From the NCBI GenBank assembly GCA_025062375.1, contig JANXAG010000001.1, positions 50,922 to 114,921 of the forward strand: 64,000 nucleotides of DNA, written 5' to 3'. A model generated the notes under the pieces. It saw only the letters and a program-made list of their open reading frames with translations, was not told where the DNA came from and did no database searches. The translations under genes and the position numbers were made by a program. Below, one piece after another: positions 31,813 to 41,066 of the stretch; the first letter of the stretch is position 1, and every line of letters begins with the position of its first letter. This DNA is from Anaerolineae bacterium (lineage in GTDB: Bacteria > Chloroflexota > Anaerolineae > SpSt-600).

Positions 31813-32588
31813 TGGAAATCACAGTGGCTATAATCCAGATGGATGTGGTAGCAGGCAAGCCCGAGAAGAACATAGCACGTGCTTCTTTTTTCCTGGAAGA
31901 GGCGCGCAAAAACGGTGCCCATATAGCCCTATTACCAGAACTCTGGCTTTCGGGTTATGTTCTGGATAGGGCGAAAGAGCTTGCTTCTCCTCTTGGGGAG
32001 GGTTTCTTTTTGGAGATAGCGGCTCTGGCACGTGCCTATTCCATTTATCTTATAGGTTCCACCTTGGAAGAAAGGGGCGGACGTTTCTACAACACTGCCA
32101 CCATATTTTCCCCTCAGGGTGAACTCTTGGGAGTCTACCGCAAGATCCACCTCTTTGCCCCTATGAACGAAACCAGGTTCCTTTCTCCTGGAAATGAAGC
32201 CCCTGTTTTTCCTCTCCCCTGGGGCAGCACGGCCCTGGCCATCTGCTATGACCTGCGCTTCCCTGAACTCTTTCGCCTCTACACCCTCAAAGGGGCTGAG
32301 ATAATATTCGTTCCCGCTCACTGGCCTGAAAGCAGGATAGAGTACTGGCGCCTGTTCCTGAGGGCGAGAGCTACAGAGAACCAGGTTTTCGTGGTAGGAT
32401 GCAACAGGACCAAGAACGAATTTGGTGGTTGGTCCGGAGCTTATAGCCCCCGAGGTAAAGCTATAGTGGAAGGAGACAAAGAGGAAGCTCTCCTTCTGGC
32501 CCCGATAGATATGGATGAAGTTTCCAGAGTGCGAGAGGAATTCCCTGCCCTGAAAGACCGCCGCCCCGAAATCTACTCGTTAACCTGA
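31812..32588 (+). CDS. Carbon-nitrogen hydrolase (nitrilase superfamily) protein
   Basis: The Glu-Lys-Cys triad context is 'LLPEL', 'YRKIHLF' and 'ICYDLRFPE'. Confidence 0.85.
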   Translation: MEITVAIIQMDVVAGKPEKNIARASFFLEEARKNGAHIALLPELWLSGYVLDRAKELASPLGEGFFLEIAALARAYSIYLIGSTLEERGGRFYNTATIFSPQGELLGVYRKIHLFAPMNETRFLSPGNEAPVFPLPWGSTALAICYDLRFPELFRLYTLKGAEIIFVPAHWPESRIEYWRLFLRARATENQVFVVGCNRTKNEFGGWSGAYSPRGKAIVEGDKEEALLLAPIDMDEVSRVREEFPALKDRRPEIYSLT

Positions 32589-32611
32589 AGCGAAAAGCAC
32601 TGGAGGGGCAA

Positions 32612-33172
32612 ATGGAAAACCTCAAGCAATATGCAATTTATACCCTCATCAACCTTCTGCTGGTGGGGGTAGTAGTTTTACTCCTCCGGAGGCCCGAACC
32701 AAGTGCGATGGAGATTGTAACCCCGCCTCCAACGCCAACCCCATCCCCCCTAAGGGTTTACGTTTCAGGGGCAGTGCTCCACCCCGATGTTTACTCTCTC
32801 CCTCCTGGGAGCATACTGAAAGATGCCCTTATGGCCGCTGGGGGGCCCAGCCCTGAAGCAGACCTAGATAGCATTAACCTCGCCATGCCTCTAAGGGACG
32901 GAATGCACGTGTTCGTCCCCCGCAAAGGGGAAGCCACGCCGGCCGCCGCCCCGGTTGCACCTTCTCCCTCTTCCCCATCTCTCATTAACATAAACACCGC
33001 CTCTCAGGCTGAGCTGGAATCCCTCCCCGGGATAGGCCCCACCCTTGCCCGTAGGATAATAGAGTTCAGGGAAACCCATGGCCCCTTCAAATCCATTGAA
33101 GACCTTAAGAAAGTTCCGGGTATAGGTGAAGCCATCTTTTCCCGCATAAAAGATCTTATCACAGTGCAATGA
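32612..33172 (+). CDS. comEA: Competence protein ComEA (SLBB domain plus HhH DNA-binding)
   Basis: An N-terminal TM helix is followed by the C-terminal 'NINTASQAELESLPGIGPTLARRIIEFR' HhH pair. Confidence 0.8.
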   Translation: MENLKQYAIYTLINLLLVGVVVLLLRRPEPSAMEIVTPPPTPTPSPLRVYVSGAVLHPDVYSLPPGSILKDALMAAGGPSPEADLDSINLAMPLRDGMHVFVPRKGEATPAAAPVAPSPSSPSLININTASQAELESLPGIGPTLARRIIEFRETHGPFKSIEDLKKVPGIGEAIFSRIKDLITVQ

Positions 33173-35484
33173 CCCTCGTTCCTCCGGCCTTGGCTTGGCT
33201 CTCGGGGATAGTGCTGGCTTCAAGGGTGGAGCTTCCTTTTCCTTTTATCCTTGCCTTAAGCTTGCTGGCGTTGATTTCAGCCTTCGCCTTAAGGGAAAGG
33301 CGCCTGGTTCTGCTTTTTCTTTTCTTCCTTGGTATGGCGCGCCTTTCAGCAGCCCGGGCCCCTGTGGACTCTCACCACTTGGCCTATTACAATGACCGCC
33401 CGGAACCTCTAACTATTAAGGGCCTAATTTCGGCTCCACCCCTGAAAAAGGAAAAAAATCTACAGGTAAGAGTTTCGGCCTTTTCCATAAGCCTGGGAGG
33501 GGAAGAAGTTCGAGTGAAGGGCGATTTCATCACCTTAGTCCCTCTTCTATCCGATTACCAGTATGGTGATGTGGTAGAGGCCTCAGGGAAGCTGGTGACA
33601 CCTCCCGTTTGGGAGGATTTCTCCTACAAGGATTATCTGGCTAGGAAAGGGGTGTTCTCCATCCTTAAAGAACCCCGGATTCGCCTGGTGGAGCGAGGTA
33701 GAGGAAACCCTCTGAAGCACTGGCTTTTTTCTATCCGGGAGAAAGCCTATAATACGCTCCTTTCCGTTTATCCTGAGCCGGAGGCTTCCTTTTTGGCCGG
33801 TGTGTTGCTGGGGCTGGATAGAGGAATACCCGAGGAAATCATGGATAGCTTCCGGCGAACAGGCACAAGCCACATAATTGCTATTTCCGGCTTCAACATC
33901 GCAATTCTGGCCGGCTTTCTGGGAAAACTGCTTTCGGGGCTCGGTAAACGCAAAGCCTGGCCGATAATTGTGGCTGCTCTTTTCTTCTATGCCTTCTTGG
34001 TGGGAGCAGAACCTCCAGTCATCAGAGCAGCGGTGATGGGGTCCCTTTACGTCCTGGCAGAAGCAGTAGGCCGGGAGGCTTTTTCCCTTAATTCCTTATC
34101 TTTTGCAGCTATTGTGATGAGTGCAGCCAATCCCGAAGTTCTATGGGATCCGGGCTTCCAGCTCTCTTTCGCCGCCACCCTGGGCTTAATCCTCCTGGCC
34201 CCACCTGCTGAGGAGTGGATTAAAAAGAAGTTTCACCTGCCCAAAAGGTGGGAAAACATCCTTAAGGAAACCCTCATAGTTACCGGGGCTGCCCAAATAG
34301 CCACTTTACCATTGACCGTTAGCCATTTTAACCTTTTATCCATTGTGAGCCCCATAGCCAATTTCCTGGTGATTCCGGCACAACCGGGAGTTATGATAGG
34401 AGGAGGTGCAGGACTTCTGGCAGGCCTTCTGTATGCTCCTCTGGGGAAAGTCGCAGGGATTGTAGGCTGGGCCCATGCGGCTTATACCATCAAAGTAGTG
34501 GAACTGCTGGCAAGCCCTTCCTGGGCTGCCGTGCGTTTAGAAGGCCAGTGGGAAGAAATTTCCATAGTATGTTTTCTGGGCCTATCCATCCTCTTCATCC
34601 TGGCGAAAACGGGTCAGAGGATTGGGAAAATCCTGATCAGGTTCTGGAGGTTCGGTGCTACTTCCACCCTTCTGATATCCCTGACGATTCTGGTCTGGTC
34701 GGGTGCTCTCCTGAGTCCCGATGGCTACCTCCACGTGGTTTTCTGTGATGTAGGCCAGGGCGATGGCATTTTCATCCTCACGCCCAGAGGCCATAAAATT
34801 CTTATAGATGGAGGGCCTTTCCCATCCCGTTTCCTGGAGTGCATGGGCAGGAGGCTTCCCTTCTGGGATCGCTCCATAGACCTTGTAATTCTTACTCATC
34901 CTGATAGCGACCACCTCACCGGGCTGGTTCCGGTGTTAGAAAGATACCAGGTAAAAGCTGTGCTGGAAAGCGGAGTAAAAGGAGATTCTCCGGCCTGGGA
35001 AAATTGGCACAAAACAATAGAAAACCGGGGTATAGCTCGCTACGAGGCTCGCAGAGGCACTATTGTTCGCTTCCAGGACGGCTTCCTTATGCAGGTAATC
35101 CATCCAGAAAGCATTTCTACCTGCCCTGACGATAATGCCTGCTCGGTGGTAGTGAGGGCGAGCTACGGGAAAGCTTCTTTCCTGTTTACAGGAGACATTG
35201 ATGCGGAAGTAGAATCAAGGTTGGTTGAAAGTGGATTGGAGCTTTCCAGCGCTGTCCTCAAAGTTTCACATCATGGGGCAGGAAACACCACCTCTCGGGC
35301 TTTCCTGGAAGCAGTGAAGCCCATGGTAGCGGTAATCTCTGTGGGTAAAGATAACCCCTTTGGACACCCTGCAAAAGCGGTTTTGGAAAGACTTAGAGGC
35401 GTAAAAATACTGAGGACCGACCTGGACGGCACTGTGGAAATAATAACTGATGGCAGATACCTCTGGGTGAAAACCGATAAGTGA
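33169..35484 (+). CDS. comEC: DNA internalisation competence protein ComEC/Rec2 with C-terminal metallo-beta-lactamase domain
   Basis: A polytopic competence domain is followed by 'HVVFCDVGQGD' and 'HPDSDHLTG' (MBL). Confidence 0.9.
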   Translation: MTLVPPALAWLSGIVLASRVELPFPFILALSLLALISAFALRERRLVLLFLFFLGMARLSAARAPVDSHHLAYYNDRPEPLTIKGLISAPPLKKEKNLQVRVSAFSISLGGEEVRVKGDFITLVPLLSDYQYGDVVEASGKLVTPPVWEDFSYKDYLARKGVFSILKEPRIRLVERGRGNPLKHWLFSIREKAYNTLLSVYPEPEASFLAGVLLGLDRGIPEEIMDSFRRTGTSHIIAISGFNIAILAGFLGKLLSGLGKRKAWPIIVAALFFYAFLVGAEPPVIRAAVMGSLYVLAEAVGREAFSLNSLSFAAIVMSAANPEVLWDPGFQLSFAATLGLILLAPPAEEWIKKKFHLPKRWENILKETLIVTGAAQIATLPLTVSHFNLLSIVSPIANFLVIPAQPGVMIGGGAGLLAGLLYAPLGKVAGIVGWAHAAYTIKVVELLASPSWAAVRLEGQWEEISIVCFLGLSILFILAKTGQRIGKILIRFWRFGATSTLLISLTILVWSGALLSPDGYLHVVFCDVGQGDGIFILTPRGHKILIDGGPFPSRFLECMGRRLPFWDRSIDLVILTHPDSDHLTGLVPVLERYQVKAVLESGVKGDSPAWENWHKTIENRGIARYEARRGTIVRFQDGFLMQVIHPESISTCPDDNACSVVVRASYGKASFLFTGDIDAEVESRLVESGLELSSAVLKVSHHGAGNTTSRAFLEAVKPMVAVISVGKDNPFGHPAKAVLERLRGVKILRTDLDGTVEIITDGRYLWVKTDK

Positions 35485-35550
35485 ACGAGGGAACCGGGCT
35501 GGGGCTGCGGGGCGTCTTACTCTATGAGAATATAAAGCTGGAGGGAGGCG

Positions 35551-36285
35551 ATGGTGAGGAAAGTTTTTAGCTTTTTCCTGATAGCCCTCATGCTGACAGG
35601 GTGTGCGGCTCCGAAACTTACCCCAACCCCACCATCAGGGGTGGAGGTAAAGATAGCGCCCTATTCGCCCCCATCCATCCCGACCCCTTCTCCGGAAAGA
35701 GAAGTCAGACCACTGCCCACCCCAGAGATGGAGGTTAAACCCTTGCCCACCATCCCGCGGGAAGAAGCTCTTTCCCGGGCGATAAAGAGAGCCATTGCTG
35801 ATCTCTCCAGGCGCCTTGGTATTCCCGAAAGCGAGATAGAAGTGGTGAGTGCTTCCTGGAGAGAAATGCCTATTCAAGAGGTTGAATGCCATCAGCCGGA
35901 AGGGAAAATCACGTTACCGGCCTTCGTGATGGGCGTAGAAGTAGTGCTTATGGCTCAGGGCAAAACCTACGTTTACAGAGGACGGGGCGAGATGGTAACC
36001 CTTTGCATTCCGGGAGAAGAAAAACCTACAGCTTATAATCCCATTTTAGAGAGGGTGCTGGCGCTTTTTGAATCCAAAGGTATTTCGCGGGAGGAAATAA
36101 AGGTTATTATGGTGGAATGCGTTACCTGGCCTGATACGAGTCTGGGATGTCCGGAGCCAGGGAAGTTTTACGCCCAGGTTCTTGTCCCCGGTTACAGGAT
36201 AGTGTTAGAGGTAAAAGGCCTGAGAGTGGAAGTGCACACTGACCTTAAGGGGCGTGTGGTGATATGTAGCCCCATAAAGCTATAA
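35551..36285 (+). CDS. Hypothetical lipoprotein
   Basis: A signal peptide with the lipobox 'LTGCAAP' and a Pro-rich linker with tandem 'REVRPLPTPE/MEVKPLPTIP' units precede a Cys-containing C-domain. Confidence 0.55.
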   Translation: MVRKVFSFFLIALMLTGCAAPKLTPTPPSGVEVKIAPYSPPSIPTPSPEREVRPLPTPEMEVKPLPTIPREEALSRAIKRAIADLSRRLGIPESEIEVVSASWREMPIQEVECHQPEGKITLPAFVMGVEVVLMAQGKTYVYRGRGEMVTLCIPGEEKPTAYNPILERVLALFESKGISREEIKVIMVECVTWPDTSLGCPEPGKFYAQVLVPGYRIVLEVKGLRVEVHTDLKGRVVICSPIKL

Positions 36286-37084
36286 TGCCTTCAATGGCCA
36301 GTTTTGCTGCACAAACTGCTGAAACAAAAGATGGGTCATAGGGTGGGGCAAGCTCTACTATATCCATAGCCACGACGTTAAATTTCTTTCTTAGCTTCCT
36401 GAAAATTTCAATCACATCCCCGTAACTCAACCCTCCAGGCTCTGGGTTAGTCACTCCCGGGCACTGGGATGGGTCAAGGGCATCCAGGTCTAAGCTCAGG
36501 TAAAGGGGCAGAGATGGCTCCAGAAAGGAGGCAAAGTTTTCAGGGGAAGCCAGAAAAACCTGAGCCTTGTTTATGAAATCAAATTCTCCCCCGTAAAAGG
36601 AGCGAGCGCCCACCAGGACCACCTTGGAGGCCACTTCCGAACACCTTCGGGTAACAGTGGCATGGCTTACTTTTAGCCCAAGGTATTCATCCCTCAGGTC
36701 GGAGTGAGCATCCAGCACCAGGAGTTGAACTTTCCCGAAAACGGAGAGAGCAGCTTTTACTGCGGGAAGGGTTACGGTGTGCTCTCCCCCGAAAATCAAC
36801 ACTTTCTTGCCCTTGCGGAAATATTGGGTTAAAGATTTTTCCACCGAAAGCAGTGCCTCTTCCAGGCCACCAGGATGATCCAGGTTCCCGGCATCTCCGA
36901 GCTTGAGCTGTGTCAGATCCAGGCCGAATATTGCGGAGAAGGATTCCAGTGATTCAGAAGCATAACGGATAAAATCTGGAGCCAGAGCTGGTCCTTTCCG
37001 CCACGTCTCAGTAGCCTCCAGAGTCACCCCTACTATCACTATATCAGCTTCTTCGGGAGGAAAATTAGCTGCCAGGAAACGCAT
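36245..37084 (-). CDS. Arginase/agmatinase-family ureohydrolase
   Basis: The binuclear Mn ligand blocks 'GGEHTV', 'DAHSD' and 'SLDLDALDP' are intact. Confidence 0.8.
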   Translation of the reverse strand: MRFLAANFPPEEADIVIVGVTLEATETWRKGPALAPDFIRYASESLESFSAIFGLDLTQLKLGDAGNLDHPGGLEEALLSVEKSLTQYFRKGKKVLIFGGEHTVTLPAVKAALSVFGKVQLLVLDAHSDLRDEYLGLKVSHATVTRRCSEVASKVVLVGARSFYGGEFDFINKAQVFLASPENFASFLEPSLPLYLSLDLDALDPSQCPGVTNPEPGGLSYGDVIEIFRKLRKKFNVVAMDIVELAPPYDPSFVSAVCAAKLAIEGIIALWGYISPHAP

Positions 37085-37093
37085 GCCACCTGC

Positions 37094-38335
37094 TCAAACC
37101 GAACGTATGGCAGGGACCCACAGCAGGATTGCCAGGGAGAAAAGCAGGTTTACCCCTGCTCCGAATGCTACCCCCGCTACGGGGCCGAAGGACTGAGCGA
37201 TGCTTCCCGCCAGGAGGGAGCCAAAGGGAACCATACCGAAAAACATGAAGGAAAAGACCGCCATAACCCTACCTCTCAAATTGTCAGGCACCACCGATTG
37301 AAGAAGAGTGTTGCCTGTGGAGTTCTGGATTACAAAACCAGCCCCCACCAGGACCAGAAAAACGAGGGATAAGAGGTAATTGGAAGAAAAGGCGAAAACT
37401 AAAAGAGCACTGGGGAAAAGGAGGCTTCCCGTTAGAAGAAGCCAGCCTTTACGGGGCAAACGACCCAGGGAGGCAACTATCAAAGAACCACAAAGAGCCC
37501 CGATACCAACAGCTGCGTTCAGAAAGCCAAGGCCCCTTTCACCCACTTTCAGGACATCTGCTGCATATGCAGGCATAAGGGTTGAGTAAGAGAAGCCGAA
37601 AAGGGTGGAAACCCCCACGATGAGCACTATTATCTGGGTTACACGATTCCCTGAAATATAGCGAAAACCCTCGGCCAATTGACGGAAGATGGGCTCTGAG
37701 GAGGGAGCGTAGGAAATATCTTTAAAATTCATGAGCACAAGGGCAGAGATCACAGCCAGAAAGCTTAAGCCATTTATCCCAAAGCACCAGGCTGGGCCCA
37801 GGTTTGCCAGCACGATTCCTCCAATAGCCGGCCCTATGACTCTGGCCAGGTTGAACATTGTGGAATTAAGGGCAATAGCGTTCATGAGATCTTCCCGGTT
37901 TTCAATCAACTCCACGGCCAGGGCCTGTCGGGCGGGTGCATCAAAGGAGTTAACGATTCCAGAGAGGAAAGCCACGAGGGCTATGTGCCAGATCTGGAGG
38001 GCTCCGGCAGCCGCCAGCCCGGTAAGGGTAAAAGCAAACAACATAAGGGCTACCTGGGTCGCCAGAAGGAGATGGCGCTTGGGGGTTCTGTCAGCTATCA
38101 CGCCTGCCGGAAGCGTTAAAAAAATGGTGGGGATCGTTCCCATAAACGAGACTAAACCCAGGGCGAAACGGGAGCCCGTAAGCTCGTATACCACCCAGCC
38201 CTGAGCTACCGATTGCATCCACATCCCCATGAGGGAAAAGCCCTGCCCGATAAACCAGAGGCGGTAATTGTGATAGCGAAGGGAAACAAAGGTGGGGGGA
38301 AGCCGTAGCTCTGCTGTCTTGAGGCATGGACTCAT
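37094..38335 (-). CDS. Major facilitator superfamily transporter
   Basis: Twelve predicted TM segments and MFS motif A 'GVIADRTPKR'. The start overlaps the rSAM stop by 4 nt. Confidence 0.85.
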   Translation of the reverse strand: MSPCLKTAELRLPPTFVSLRYHNYRLWFIGQGFSLMGMWMQSVAQGWVVYELTGSRFALGLVSFMGTIPTIFLTLPAGVIADRTPKRHLLLATQVALMLFAFTLTGLAAAGALQIWHIALVAFLSGIVNSFDAPARQALAVELIENREDLMNAIALNSTMFNLARVIGPAIGGIVLANLGPAWCFGINGLSFLAVISALVLMNFKDISYAPSSEPIFRQLAEGFRYISGNRVTQIIVLIVGVSTLFGFSYSTLMPAYAADVLKVGERGLGFLNAAVGIGALCGSLIVASLGRLPRKGWLLLTGSLLFPSALLVFAFSSNYLLSLVFLVLVGAGFVIQNSTGNTLLQSVVPDNLRGRVMAVFSFMFFGMVPFGSLLAGSIAQSFGPVAGVAFGAGVNLLFSLAILLWVPAIRSV

Positions 38336-40062
38336 GACTCAGCTCCCCGGAAAAGTATTGTAGCACTTCTGAGGAGGCGTAAGTTGAAGAACCCAAGCCG
38401 CACGTTTAACTCTTCCTTATCGCAGACGGTGGAAGTGTTTGCATTATCCACGTGGGGTTTCAGAGCCCTGAGGAATTTATCCCTGAGGGCACTATTGGAC
38501 ATGGTAAGGACGTCGTCGATAAGGCGGAGGAGGAGGCGAGCTTTGTGGATGCGGGAGCTCACGTCTTCTGCCCTGCGCGGAGAAATCAGACCATATGCTT
38601 TCTTGAGCTCATTGAGGCGGAGCCCCGCTTCATAGGTGCTTTCCACTATCTCTTCCCTGCTCATCCATATGGTTTCATAACTAAGGATATACTTCCAGCT
38701 GGGCTGCTCCAGGGCAAAGCGGTGCTCTTCAAGAGAGCGATAGAAAACCCTATAGCCGTATTGTTCTGGAGCCTCAAAGGCCGCACTCCCGGGATCGAGG
38801 AAGGGGGCCATGGGTGAGATAAAGGGGAAAAGGCGTGGGCTCCGGTTCCGATTGAATTCCCGGATAAGCTTGCCAGCGTAATCCACTGTCTCCATAACTG
38901 AAGAAAAGTCCTGTCCGGGAAGGCCAATCATGAAGAAGACATCCAGCCTTTTACATCCTGCTTCCAGGGCGTATTCCATAGTGGCTTCGGCTTGAGCTGT
39001 GGTATAGGGTCGTCCGAAGGCCTGCCGAACAGCATCGCTATGGCTTTCCAGGGAAATTTCCAGAACGAAATTGGGCAGGGCACGAGCTAACTTCCTGAAG
39101 AAATCCCGATCGGCAGCATCGAATAGCTCCACTATGACAGGCCCCTCGTATCCCTGAATGGCTTTGAAGAACCTGTCGGCGTAATCCATCCCTGCCTGGC
39201 GCAGATCTCCGAGGATAAACACAGGGCCTTTGGAGAAGCGGGCAATATTACGGATGTCTCTGGCCAGAAGTTCGGGATCCCTGTAGGCGGGCTCAGAGCG
39301 CCCATGCAGCTTCCTGAAAGTGTAGGCAGATCCCCCACAGGTCCGGCAGGAATGCGTGCAGCCGCGGCAGGTCAGAACAGCTGTGATGGGATAGCCGAGC
39401 CATCCTTTGAAAGGTATAAAGCTGATTAAATCTCGGTAGCGGGCTACCGCTCTTACGACGTAGCTGTAATCTAAAAGCACGTAGTTCAAATCGGGAGGAA
39501 TCCAGCTTAGAGGGTTTATGTGGATCTCTCCCTTTTCATCTTTCCAGGTCAGGTTGGGGATGGCTTCAAGGGGAGGCGCATCCTTATCCCCTCTTATTCG
39601 CTTCATAAGCAACCGGAGAGGCTCCTCCGCAGAATCTCCCCGGACCACGAAGTCTACTTCGGGTCGTTCTATAAGTTCGCGGTGATAGTAAGTGGAGGAA
39701 AATCCTCCGAGTATAACGGGGGTTTGAGGGTGATATCTTTTGACCAGGCGGGCCACTTCTATAGCTCCGTGGCAGTGGGGCATCCAGTGCAGATCTATCC
39801 CAAAGGCCAAGGGATTGAGGGATGAAATCAAATTTTCGGGGTTAAAGCGTTCAGAAGCCAACATCCTGACGGCTAAGTTTATTATCCTGACTTTGAATCC
39901 GTGGCGTTCCAGGTATTCGGCTATCGTGGTAAAACCTATAGGATACATCTCAAAAATCGGGGTTGACGGGATTAGGTCGCTTATAGGGCCGTAAAGGATG
40001 GTTTTGGTGCGGAAATCGTAAACACTTGGAGGATGGAGGAGGATCAGATCTGGATTAGCCAT
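38332..40062 (-). CDS. Cobalamin-binding (class B) radical SAM protein with ~200-aa C-terminal extension, function unassigned
   Basis: A B12-binding-like N-domain ('VILGGFSSTYY'), the radical SAM motif 'CTHSCRTC' and a long helical C-terminal region are present. Confidence 0.8.
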   Translation of the reverse strand: MANPDLILLHPPSVYDFRTKTILYGPISDLIPSTPIFEMYPIGFTTIAEYLERHGFKVRIINLAVRMLASERFNPENLISSLNPLAFGIDLHWMPHCHGAIEVARLVKRYHPQTPVILGGFSSTYYHRELIERPEVDFVVRGDSAEEPLRLLMKRIRGDKDAPPLEAIPNLTWKDEKGEIHINPLSWIPPDLNYVLLDYSYVVRAVARYRDLISFIPFKGWLGYPITAVLTCRGCTHSCRTCGGSAYTFRKLHGRSEPAYRDPELLARDIRNIARFSKGPVFILGDLRQAGMDYADRFFKAIQGYEGPVIVELFDAADRDFFRKLARALPNFVLEISLESHSDAVRQAFGRPYTTAQAEATMEYALEAGCKRLDVFFMIGLPGQDFSSVMETVDYAGKLIREFNRNRSPRLFPFISPMAPFLDPGSAAFEAPEQYGYRVFYRSLEEHRFALEQPSWKYILSYETIWMSREEIVESTYEAGLRLNELKKAYGLISPRRAEDVSSRIHKARLLLRLIDDVLTMSNSALRDKFLRALKPHVDNANTSTVCDKEELNVRLGFFNLRLLRSATILFRGAES

Positions 40063-40108
40063 CTTTCACCTCAATTTTCACTCAAAGTTACGGAAAAGCC
40101 GGGTTAAG

Positions 40109-40137
40109 ATTGTATCACTACTAGGGAAAATTGGCAA
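40109..40137 (-). promoter_or_regulatory. Sigma70 promoter for the rSAM-MFS-ureohydrolase operon (minus strand: TTGCCA, 17-nt spacer, TACAAT)
   Basis: Read on the minus strand, the hexamers are at ideal spacing. A ~45-nt leader carrying a GAGGTGA RBS reaches the ATG at 40062. Confidence 0.45.
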
Positions 40138-40209
40138 CCCTTTAGCTGGAGTTCGGGCATGGGTTTTGTGGGCGGAATACCCTCACTCGCGCCCTGATCC
40201 CTGAGAGGG

Positions 40210-40238
40210 TTGCTTGCCCTGTTAATCTATGTTAAAAT
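40210..40238 (+). promoter_or_regulatory. Candidate divergent sigma70 promoter for tatD (TTGCTT, 17-nt spacer, TAAAAT)
   Basis: Motif only. Confidence 0.3.
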
Positions 40239-40268
40239 TAAATTGACTTTGCTGGAAAAGCTGATGAA

Positions 40269-41063
40269 ATGGAACTTGTAGATTCTCACACGCATCTGGA
40301 TTTCCCGGAATTCAACCCCGATAGGGATGAGGTTATAGAGAGGGCGTGGGAAGCAGGCGTTCGCCTCATAATCAACATTGGCACTGATGTCAATTCAAGT
40401 CTGGATTCCATTTCTCTGGCGGAAAGATACCCCTTCGTCTATGCCTCTGTGGGCCTGCATCCCCACGATGCCAGCTCGCTGGATGAAAAGATGGGCGAGG
40501 CTTTCAGGAAGCTGGCCTCCCACTCAAAAGTGGTAGCCATTGGCGAGACAGGCCTTGATTACTACCGGAATCTATCGCCTAAGGAAGCTCAGAGGAGAGC
40601 TTTTGCCTTTCACATAGAGCTGGCCCGGGAATTGGGGAAACCCTTAATCATCCACAGCCGGGAGGCTCACCAGGAAACCTTGAATTTTTTGAAAGAAATC
40701 GCCCGCAACCCCGGTAGACTATCCCCGCCCTATGGGGTAATGCATTGTTTTTCCGGAAGTCTGGAGATGGCTCGGGAAGCCCTTGAGCTGGGTTTCTTTA
40801 TATCAGTAGCGGGCCCCCTTACTTTTCAGAATGCCCGGAAGCTGCCAGTTATAGTTAAAGAAACACCGATAGACTGGCTCCTTATTGAAACCGATTGCCC
40901 TTACCTGGCTCCACATCCTTACAGGGGCAGACGCAATGAGCCTGCTTATGTGCGCTTTGTGGCTGAGGCTGTGGCCGGCATAAAGGGCCTGAGCCTGGAG
41001 GAAGTGGGGCAGAAAATGTTAGAAAATGCCCGCCAAATTTTCCGTCTGGATAAAGGGAGGTAA
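40269..41063 (+). CDS. tatD: TatD-family metal-dependent hydrolase/DNase
   Basis: The protein begins 'LVDSHTHLDF' and has 'GETGLDY' and 'IHSREA'. Confidence 0.9.
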   Translation: MELVDSHTHLDFPEFNPDRDEVIERAWEAGVRLIINIGTDVNSSLDSISLAERYPFVYASVGLHPHDASSLDEKMGEAFRKLASHSKVVAIGETGLDYYRNLSPKEAQRRAFAFHIELARELGKPLIIHSREAHQETLNFLKEIARNPGRLSPPYGVMHCFSGSLEMAREALELGFFISVAGPLTFQNARKLPVIVKETPIDWLLIETDCPYLAPHPYRGRRNEPAYVRFVAEAVAGIKGLSLEEVGQKMLENARQIFRLDKGR

Positions 41064-41066
41064 GGT

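Noticed and set aside
40150-40205. Imperfect inverted repeat (CCCTCA...TGAGAGGG) in the rSAM/tatD divergent intergenic region as a possible operator
   Set aside because: The pairing is interrupted and short. It is not distinguishable from chance.
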